A stretch of 42,749 nucleotides of DNA from Macrostomum lignano (taxonomy: Eukaryota), in contig NIVC01004541.1 of NCBI GenBank assembly GCA_002269645.1, forward strand, positions 1-42,749. Direction: 5' to 3'. The position numbers and the translations under genes are program-made. Shown piece after piece: positions 10,384-19,911 of the stretch. Position 1 is the stretch's first letter. Every line of letters starts with the position of its first letter. The notes below the pieces were generated by a model. That model was given only the letters and a program-made list of their open reading frames with translations. It searched no databases and was not told where the DNA came from.

Positions 10384-11432
10384 ACAGTGGGGCTAAATAG
10401 ATAAAGCACTATTAGAGGGTTCAAAAACCAAAGAAAAGAAAGAAGGAAAGGAAGCAGTGGGCTACATAAAAACCAAGCAGCCTACAGCTATTAGCATTAT
10501 AATCTATGGCCAAAACCGTTTGCAAGCTCTCACTGCCGAAAAAATACATTAGCGAGATGGGCAAAAACCTGTTTTCTGACAATTGAGAGGCCTCTTTAAT
10601 TTGGATAGCTTATTAAAAATACGTGTACCGATTCCGGACAATTTGCCATCTAATGGTGCAAAAACGGAGAAAATCGGTCATTCCGTTCGCAAGATTTTCT
10701 GTTACAAGCAAACAAACAAACAAACAAACTCAACTTTAGTATATAAGATTGTGTCTGTTCTTGAGCCCCAAACCTTATTGGGCCGTATACTGAAAGCTCT
10801 GTCTATAGTAGTCCTCTTGAAAAACGAGCCCAGACTTGGATTTGGTATGCAGACACGCGAAGTCATAGATCTTCCATAGACGAAACTACATATGTAGCTA
10901 GTAGGCTCAGTCTTGGCCAGGGGTCGGCAAACTCCGGCCCGCCCTTGAAGCCTCTCTATCCGCCCCTCGGGTCCTTTGAAGCTTCCCCATTAGCAATCCG
11001 GTTTCCGATTAGCACAAGGTTTAATTTTGTGTCTCTTGCTCAGCTCTTTCTTTTCTCTCCTTCCCTCTCCCTTCTTTTCTCTCCTTCCCCTCTCACGTCT
11101 CGTCTCCTCTTTTGTCTTTTCTTCCATCCCATCTCTCGCCTCTTCTCTCTTTTCTTTCTTCTATTCCCTCCCTTTCCACTCTCATTTAAGTTTGCCCAAC
11201 CTCTGGTCCAGGCCAGCCTAATCGAGTCTTACTTTGGCAAGCATAAGTTGTGAAGCACATGTGCTAGTCAGAAGCACACTTTATTATTCCTGCGTCTTGC
11301 TCGGGTGCTCTCCATAGCGCTCGATATTCTCTGACTGAATCTTTCCTCTTTAAGAAATGTATCAACTTGGACGATAGACAAAAGCGAATCCGAATCCCTT
11401 AAAAATGGTGCCTAAGTTGGGCGCTCAGGCTA

Positions 11433-11662
11433 GCCAAGGAGCTCTATAATTAGCATCTGGAGTGGAAACAAGTTTTTCACTTTTACCTCACGAGGCCACG
11501 CAAATTAAGATAATTTTCACCGCATGGAGCCACTGCATGTCTGACTCTGTCTATGCCACTCGCAAAAGACTAAATTACTCGTAGGTTTACAAACTGCGTG
11601 GCCTAGAGGTAAAGTGAAAAACTAGTTTCCACTCCAGATGCTAATTATAGAGCTCCTCGGTC
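11433..11662. mobile_element. 230-bp MITE with long TIRs and TA flanks, copy B
   Basis: Paralog of 1898-2127; TA at 11431-11432 and 11663-11664. Confidence 0.75.
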
Positions 11663-11679
11663 TAGCCTTCCTATTTTAA

Positions 11680-12037
11680 GGGTCGCCATCATACAGATAA
11701 AAACGAAAAATCCCAACTCCGAAAGCACTTCCTATCATAAATCCGAAAAATCATAAACCCGAAATATCACAAACCCGAAAAATCACAACTCCGAAAACCA
11801 AAATAGTGTTGGACACTGCTAGGACTTTCGGGTTTATGATGGGCAATGCTATTTTTGTTTTCGGGAGATACGATACTTCGGGTTTGTGATTTTTCGGGTT
11901 TATGATGTGCGTTGCTAGCAATTTCGGAGTTATGATATTTCGAATTAATGATATTATTTCGGGTTTGTGATATTTCAGGCTTATGATGGAAAGCGCTTTT
12001 CGGAGAGTTGTGATTTTTCGGGTTTGTGATGCCCCCC
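11680..12037. mobile_element. Foldback-like element, copy B
   Basis: Paralog of 2145-2536, differing by subrepeat indels. Confidence 0.55.
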
Positions 12038-12705
12038 TCGATTTTAAGACCAAAGACTTAACTTGAGCTGTCTGCATATGGGCCATTGAGTCAGATTCAA
12101 TTGAGGCAAATTGAAAGGCGAGCAGACGATTTATATAAAAAGTAACGAAGAATTTGTTTGCAGATAGAACTTTACTTGCGCAGTCGGCGCAAAACAGCGG
12201 CACAATTGAATATTTTATTAATATTTTTCACCGAGACTTTAACAAAGCCGTCACTCTGCACAGAAGCATTAGAAAAGCTGCAAATGATGTTGGAACCAAA
12301 GTAAAAAGAGCCTATTGTTGTTACGTCAAACTGATGAGAAATTCTGAATAATTAATATTTTATATTATTAGTTGGTATTAAACGCCGTCGAGTTAATAAA
12401 TAGTAATAAATAATATTAATTACTCCGTACACTGCTGATATCATCTGAACTGCGCAAAACTCTCAAATACCGGGCAAATTTTCAATTCTGCAGTTAAAGA
12501 TTGCCGAGCAAGCCACTGACCGGAGTAAAAAATACGCAGTATTACTAAGAAAACTCGAATATATAAAATTGTGATTACTAGCATGCTGGCGTCAAAACGG
12601 GGAACCAGTTACAGTCTGTCAGGTCAGTGGCGCGCACAGGCTAAATGCAGTCACGGAGACGGATTTGCCCCCGCACCAGCGCGCCCTCCGATCGAAGCTG
12701 CAGCC

Positions 12706-15430
12706 TTAGTCGACCTCCTCCATCTTGGCGTCGTCGGCGTTGGCATCGCCGCCGACCTCAGTTGGCATGGAAGACGAGGACTCGCCGGCGGCGGCGTCAG
12801 GGACGTCGTCCTCCTCGATGCCGAGGCCCAGCTTGATCATGCGGTGGATGCGGGTGGCGTGCACCTGCGGGTCCTCCAGGGCGAAGCCAGACGACAGCAG
12901 GGCGGTCTCGTACAGCAGCTGCACCAGGTCCTTCACCGACTTGTCGTTCTTGTCGGCCTCGGTGCGCTGCCTCAGCATCCCGCAGATGGAGTGGTCGGGG
13001 TTGATCTCCAGGTGCTTCTTGGCCGCCATGTAGCCCATGGTTGAGGAGTCGCGCAGAGCCTGGCAATGGGAGGCGGGGCATGGGGGAGCGGTTTATAATC
13101 TATCAGTTTCCGGCTACAAAAACTGGTAAAATCCGAGTCACAGCAGCAAATTGCCGGCTCACCTGCGCCTTCATGATGCGCTCCATGTTGGCGGACCAGC
13201 CGTACTGCGACGTGACGATGCAGCAGGGCGAGTCAACCAGCCGGTTGGACACGACCACCTTCTCGACCTTCTTGTCCAGGATGTCCTTCATGACCTTGCA
13301 CAGCGGCTCAAAGGAGGCCTTCTTCTCCTCGAAGGCCTTCTTTTCGTCCTCGTCCTCAGGCAGCTCGAGGCCCTCCTTGGTGACGCAGACGAGCTTCTTG
13401 CCGTCGTACTCGCGCAGCTGCTGGGTGGCGTACTCGTCGATGGGATCGGTCATGTACAGCACCTCCAGGCCGCGCTTGCGCAGACGCTCAACAAAGGCGG
13501 AATGGGCGACCGCTTCCTTCGACTCGCCGGTGATGTAGTAGATGTCCTTCTGGTTCTCCTTCATGCGGCTGACGTAGTCCTTCAGGCTGGTCCAGTCGTC
13601 GCCGGAGCTGGTGGAGTAGTAGCGCAGGTAGTCGGCCAGCTTCTTGCGGTTGGTGCTGTCCTCGTGGATGCCCAGCTTCAGGTTCTTGCCGAACTGCTCG
13701 TAGAACTTCTTGAAGTTCTCCTTGTCCTCGGCGATGTCGTCGAACAGCTCCATGCACTTCTTCACGAGGTTCTTGCGGATGACCTTGAGAATCTTGTTCT
13801 GCTGCAGCATCTCACGGCTGATGTTCAGCGGCAGATCTTCGCTGTCCACGACGCCCTTGATGAAGTTCAGGTACTCGGGGATCAGCTCCTCGCAGTTGTC
13901 CATGATAAAGACGCGACGCACGTACAGCTTGATGTTGTTGCGCTTCTTTCGGTTCTCGAAGAGGTCGAACGGCGCGCGCTTCGGCACAAACAGAAGAGCA
14001 CGGAACTCGAGCTGACCTTCAACGCTGAAGTGCTTCACAGCCAGGTGCTCCTCCCAGTCATTAGTCAGGGACTTGTAGAACTCGCCATACTCCTCCTGAG
14101 TGATGTCGTCCTGGTTCCTGGTCCAGATAGGCTTTGTCTTGTTCAGCTCCTCCTCGTCAATGTACTTCTCCTTGATCTTCTTTTTCTTCTTCTTGTCGCC
14201 TTTCTCATCTTCATCATTGTCATCCAAATCATCCTCGACCTTTGGCTTCTCCTTCTCGGCATCTTCACCGTCTTCTTTCTTCTCTTCCTTTTCTTCCTCA
14301 GCTTCGTCATCGCTGACCTGTGAATAAAGACAAAGTTAGTGTATTAAATTTAATCAGTTGTTTAAATTAAATTTATTGAAGACTGATTTTGATTTTTGAG
14401 TTAAAACAAACTGGCTATAAAAATATATGAATTTTGCCATCTATCTTGCTGCCATTATATATACAAGTGTCTAGATTACTAGAATAAATGTAATATACAA
14501 TATTATTACTAATAGTAATATAGGAATATAAATTTTTTAATAGTAGTAAAAACTTATAAAAATGAAAAGCACTAACTAAAACAAATTAACATATAACACA
14601 ATAAAACTAAAGCCTAAAGGCGTAAATTTTTCTAATAATAATATTCTATAGAAATTATATATTTATAATATTATATATTTCATTGATATAATAACAACAA
14701 AAATTGCAGACTAGCTGTAGAACTAGGGGCCTATAATTAAAAATAATAAATTAACCACATCATAGAAGAATCTTACCTCCTTTTCCCGCTCCTTCTCCAG
14801 AACAAGCTTGATAGGATAACCAATGAACTGAGAGTGCTTCTTGATGACCTCCTTGACCTTCTTCTCTTCGATGTACTCGGTTTGATCCTCTTTCAGGTAC
14901 AGAACGATCTTGGTGCCGCGTCCAATGGGCTCGCCATGGTCCGGCCGGACGGTGAAGCTGCCGCCAGCAGACGACTCCCAGACGTATTGCTCGTCGTCAT
15001 TGTGCTTGGACGTAACAACAACACGGTCAGCTACAAGGTAGGCAGAATAGAAGCCAACACCGAACTGACCAATCATGCTGATATCAGCGCCAGCCTGCAG
15101 CGCCTCCATGAAGGCCTTGGTGCCAGAGCGAGCGATGGTACCAAGGTTGTTGACCAGATCGGCCTTGGTCATACCGATGCCACTGTCGATGATGGTCAGA
15201 GAATTGTCGCTCTTGTTAGGGATGATCTTGATTTCCAGATCGCGTCCGCTATCCAGAACCGACGAATCCGTGAGGCTCTGGTAGCGAATCTTGTCAATAG
15301 CATCGCTAGCGTTGGAAATGAGCTCACGAAGGAAGATTTCCTTGTTAGAATAGAAAGTGTTGATGATCAAGCTCATTAACTGAGCAATCTCGGCCTGGAA
15401 GGCGAAAGTCTCAACCTCGGTGTCAGCCAT
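12706..15430 (-). CDS. hsp90: Cytosolic heat shock protein 90 (Hsp90/Hsp83), 720 aa; exons 15430-14777, 14317-13163, 13059-12706
   Basis: Contains [54 protein letters not shown], the charged linker, [10 protein letters not shown] and C-terminal MEEVD. Two phase-0 GT-AG introns (459 and 103 bp); exons sum to 721 codons. Confidence 0.98.
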
Positions 15431-15558
15431 TCTGTTGTCTCTGCAGCTTCTGATACGGTTTTAATATTAAATACAAATGCTAACGCTTGAGTGCGCACTG
15501 TGAATAGCTTCAGAGTAAGAATTTCAGTGAGGCTCCGAGCGGGCCGCGAATTGGCTGC

Positions 15559-15565
15559 TTATATA
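15559..15565 (-). promoter_or_regulatory. TATA box of Hsp90 (TATATAA)
   Basis: ttatata on the plus strand, about 130 bp upstream of the ATG and about 40 bp downstream of the heat-shock elements. Confidence 0.75.
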
Positions 15566-15604
15566 GCTTTGGTGCGGGCTTGGAAATCCATGGATTCTCT
15601 TTTT

Positions 15605-15638
15605 ATTCTAGAATATTCTAGAATCAGAATTCTAGAAG
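15605..15638. promoter_or_regulatory. Heat shock element array (HSF binding site)
   Basis: aTTCt-aGAAt-aTTCt-aGAAt (four perfect alternating nGAAn units, 15605-15624), then aTTCt-aGAAg (15629-15638), just upstream of the TATA box. Confidence 0.9.
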
Positions 15639-16419
15639 GGAAACCCGCTGGTTTTCTATTTTTAGACTGGCTTTCTCTGCGATACGCCGGGCTGTGCTCG
15701 GTGAAGTAGTCTATTTTTAGACCCGCCCGCCTGCCTTTTCCTTACCTCCTGCACCCCCTCCGCCCGTTTCCTGGGCGCCGGGCGGCAGTGACTCACAACA
15801 CAATCATCCCATGATTATGGCAGATTGGCAGTTGAAGCATAAAGGCCTTGTCTCAGTTTAGTCTCGTATTATTATTTCCTTGATGTAAAAATTATACACT
15901 TACAGTAAGTATAGCCATTTTTTAGCTTTTAAAGAAGACATTCAATTATGAAATCTTACAACACAAGGCAAACAAAGTTCGACGTTTTCCATTACAAGAT
16001 TTACTAATGTTTTTGTACATGCCTTTCTCAGCTCTAATAGTCTTTCGAACCATCCTATACGATATAATAATAGTAACGCTAGCGATTATAACAGATTCAT
16101 ACGGCCAGGGGCGAATCTAGGATTTTCGTCCCGGAAGGGTCAGCTGACCCCTTTACTCCCCTGGATCCGCAACTGAGAAAAGTTCTGCTCTTCCTCGAAA
16201 TTTGACACAGGTAATTGTATTTTTCTCAATGTTCCATTCGGAATGCGGATCATGACCCTCTGGGAGGGTTCTAGGGAATAATACAATCCCGGAATCCTGA
16301 AAAGGCTCAAATCCCGGAATTCGAAAATCCTGGGATTGACCATCGGGATCCCAAACCCGCTTTGCAATAATTCAATCATTCATTCTCGAGTAGTAGTATC
16401 TGCAGCTGAGATACTTTAG

Positions 16420-16732
16420 CAGGCGCGTCGCCACCAGGGGGACAGGGGGGACATGTCCCCTTCAGTAAAAGCTATGGGGGGGGCACGCCATGCTTTGTCC
16501 CCCACCCCATCTTGTGACCCGTTGTGGTAATCAATAATTTGCCGCAAGCGCCAAAATGAGTGCCTGCGGCGCTAAAAGAATGCCTGCGGCGCTAAAAGGA
16601 GTGCCTGCGGCGCCAAAAGGAGCGCTGACAAACACGATTCTCAAAATAATGGAAATGTAGGAATTTAGTCATGTACATGTTGAATTCTTGGCTTTGCCCC
16701 CCCCCACAATAAAATCCATGGTGACTCACCCG
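16420..16732. mobile_element. 313-bp hAT-type MITE with 8-bp target site duplication
   Basis: TACTTTAG at 16412-16419 and 16733-16740. Degenerate TIRs CAGGCGCGTCGCCA / TGGTGACTCACCCG (10 of 14 match). Internal GCCTGCGGCGCT repeats. Confidence 0.7.
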
Positions 16733-18589
16733 TACTTTAGGTGAAAATATAACCCAGTTGTCCTACTTCGATTTCTTAATCTTTTAAGCATGCAGGCTAG
16801 TGAGTAGAAGGCTAGGGCTGCAGGGATGCAAAACAGAAGCTGTTGCAGTAGCAGGTCGTAAGGGGATTTTTAAGGTGCAATAATGTATAACTAGTCCCTA
16901 CATACCTTCAGAACTCCTTGGCCGTAGTTGGGATTAGAATAGTGGGACCTTGCTATCGGACCACAACCCAAGCCGAAGCTACCAATTTTCCATCTAGGGC
17001 GGGTGCACCTGGGAGGGTGAGGTCTGATCCCCTTTCTTCCCTGGTACCTCGGGCCATAGCTCTGTTAAGCTAGCTATCATTGCCCAGGTTACATCACAAT
17101 CAAATGTGATTTTCCCGAGCTGAAACTGGCATGTAAAAAAGCACGACTATTACGCCAGCCGGTACATCACACTCCAATGCAGAGCTCACCCTCGGTTTCT
17201 TGTTTGCAAAATATTTATTCTATTGTACTTTTATCATTGAAAGCCCTTTAAAACCAGGTTAGATAGCTTTGTAAACCAAAATTGCACCAACAAAGTTTAG
17301 AAACTTTCAACTTAGGATTTTGTATTCTCTAGGACCTAGGTCGAACAGAAATCATACAGTTTTTTCACAGAATCAAGGTTCAAGTTCACATAGAAATAGA
17401 AAGTAGTAAAGGTAATAAGATATCACGGCCTACGCCAACACCTACACTGTACTGTCGGTGTCAGTTTAAGATTAGAATAATCTTCAGTGGAAAATCACAA
17501 ATTTGGAAATTATACATTTCGTAAATATCGCTATCGCATTGTCTATCGTTTCTACTGACAGTAGGCCCAAAATACAAAATGGAATCTTGCTTTACTCGTG
17601 AATTCTGTTTTTTTCTAATTTGCACTGCCATGGAATGCTTTGAGTGAAACAAGTTATTTTTATCTAATACCATGACAGCTTCCTAGCATTAAAGTTATCA
17701 CCGTGGACTTGGCTATTTGTGCCGGTTTGCGAAAATTTAAGAAACATATGAGCCTACTGTGTGAGTGAATAATACATGTACACCCATTTAATTAAGTAAT
17801 AAATTAATAATTCATTCAATCATTTAATTAATGCAAGATAATATATTTACTGACATAGGCGAATTGCATAAAAAGGCATATATTTTTGCTTTAATAAAAT
17901 CGCTGCACTCATATATAGCTTTAAAAGGTTGCTGGTACGAGGGGAGCATTAAAAATCAGTTTGCAGCAGGAGCAGATTATAATAAAAAACCGCATCTCAG
18001 TCTGTTCATGCGATCAAATCGATATTTGTTAATCGGGGCGAACGAATTTAAATGCCGAGTTGTTCTCCACGGTAGGCCGTTTGAATACGCGCGCGCGGCG
18101 CCAAGAAAAATTAAAACAAAAAGGCGATCGATCGATTCTTCAAATTGAAAATTTGGAGACGCGATTAAAAAGTTGCGCAGATGCGAGTCGAGCGTAACAA
18201 ACGAACCAACAGAACGCGAAACAGCTGTGAAATAATAAATGGTAAAATGAGGTTCGCAAGATTTGAAAACGTTTTTGAGGCAGATTTCAGCATGGAAATT
18301 AACATCGAAATTTAATGTGCTTATATAAGACGTCTTTTTAGCAGATTAGATAGCAAAAATACTGTAATACCGTATGGTACAGTACGATAACAAAAGTACG
18401 TATTATTGCAAAACTGAATTTACTAAACGCCATGTTTATGGTTAGCATTGAACTGTATCTACCGTAAATGTACCGTAAAATTGCGAGCCAATACTTGATA
18501 AGCCTATAATTACGAATTTAAATATGACAAATTTGACTGAGTCAAGAATCTGAGTTAAGTTGTCGGATTTTTAAAGGGGTATTAGATAA

Positions 18590-19020
18590 ACTCGGGGGTA
18601 TTAAATGAACCGAGGGTGTTAGGTAGAATACGAGGGTATTAAATAAGCCGAGGGGTATTATATGAAACAGGGGGTATCAGATCAACAGAGGGGGTGTTAC
18701 ATCAACTGAGGGTATTAGCTGAAACGAGAGGCATTAGATAAATCGAGGGGTATTAGATGAATCGAGGGGTATTAGATGAATCGAGGGGTGTTAGATGAAT
18801 CGAGGGGTGTTAGATGAATCGAGGGGTGTTAGATGAATTGAGGGGTGTTAGATGAATCGAGGGGTGTTAGATGAATTGAGGGGTGTTAGATGAATCGAGG
18901 AGTGTTAGATGAATTGAGGGGTGTTAGATGAATCGAGGAGTGTTAGATGAATTGAGGGGTGTTAGATGAATCGAGGGGTATCAGATAAACTGAGGGACAT
19001 TAGATTCGCCGAGGGGTACA
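18590..19020. repeat. 19-bp minisatellite (TTAGATGAATCGAGGGGTG)
   Basis: Homogeneous in 18740-18980 and degenerate at both edges. Confidence 0.93.
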
Positions 19021-19911
19021 TATAAACTGACAAAATGGTATTTGTTGTATGACTAAAGAAAAGCGGAGTTTACTATTGACGAGTACTATAGTTGGAATTT
19101 TTACGGCTACTGGTAGCTGGTGGACTTCGGTAGAGGTATTGACTTAGGCGAAGGTAAGTTTAATTAATGATGGCTATTTGACATCCTAGATTTCTTACAC
19201 GTATTGCAGCAGTCATTTATTCTCGCATGGTGATTACAAAATAAACTTACAAAAATTCCAATAAAACTTGCACGAGATCGAAAATAAAACAGTTTGGAAC
19301 ACATCAGGCGTGAATGGGGAGCAGTGCAGCGCAACAAGCATAAAGCAGCGCGTCTTTTGAGGACACAATCTGAGGTTTCGTGAGCGCGTAGACAGGGTAG
19401 GTCAAATGTGATGAGGTCGTGATAAAAGGAAGCACCGAGTTATGGACTGACGCTTAGAGATGTGTGCATAGAAACAAAGCGCAAAAGGAAACTATAGAAC
19501 TTAAAATGAGAAAAAAACTAAAAAATGAGCATGATGTTTTTGACCGCTGCTTGCCGATTTAAGGTCTTATTAAGCTGCTAATATTGAGCAGCAATCTAGG
19601 AGCTTATTAAGTTCCTTTAGTTTCATGTCTTTTAATTTTTCGGAATCGGAAAATTTGCTTAAAACCTAAGGCTGAAAGGCTTCAACATGCATTGTAGACC
19701 CTGTTCTAGACCGTGACCATTAAATCTTACGTCTAACTACGTTTCTACGAGCGTAGTCAGGATGAATTATGATTCATAGGCATTTAAAACCATAGGCATA
19801 ACAGTTCGATTGTCTATGCAAGCAGAGGGCCTACCATTCGCATAATACGAGCAAAATATCATAATACGAGCAAATAGTTGCAGTCCCCGCTTGCGGTCAA
19901 ACTCTTCTTTT

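Larger units (their letters stand above)
8161..10748 (-). mobile_element. Non-autonomous Helitron (2588 bp)
   Basis: On the minus strand it starts TCTTATATACTAAAG...(TTTG)n and ends GCTCCCC-AAC-GGGGGGC hairpin + GTAGATTGCTAG. It sits between host A and T. The paralogous empty site (ttagctaaga|ttgt at 1210/1211) fixes the boundaries. Confidence 0.92.
6721..13527. repeat. Tandem segmental duplication, copy B (interrupted by the Helitron at 8161-10748)
   Basis: Colinear with 1-4012. Identity ends at ...ccttcgactcgc (13527), where copy B continues into the intact Hsp90. Confidence 0.93.

Noticed and set aside
8156-10748. Apparent 5-bp TSD (TAAGA) around the 2.6-kb insertion, suggesting an LTR or other TSD-forming element
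   Set aside because: Fully explained by Helitron TC...CTAG ends at an A|T site where element and target both begin TCTTA; no LTRs or TIRs.
13151-14323. 390-aa plus-strand ORF antisense to Hsp90, plus similar ORFs at 3132-4319, 12571-13538 and 14834-15379
   Set aside because: Shadow ORFs caused by strong GC3 codon bias on the sense strand; no independent coding signal.
14723-14776. ORF-track tails such as [17 protein letters not shown] (Hsp90), [13 protein letters not shown] (ETFB) and [10 protein letters not shown]
   Set aside because: Read-through into introns past clear GT donors.
16890-17095. Possible second SINE-like relic (and another at about 21190-21290)
   Set aside because: No clear A/B boxes or boundaries; needs a repeat library.
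17930-18240. TACGAGGGG start resembling a mariner TIR
   Set aside because: No matching right end or transposase remnant found.
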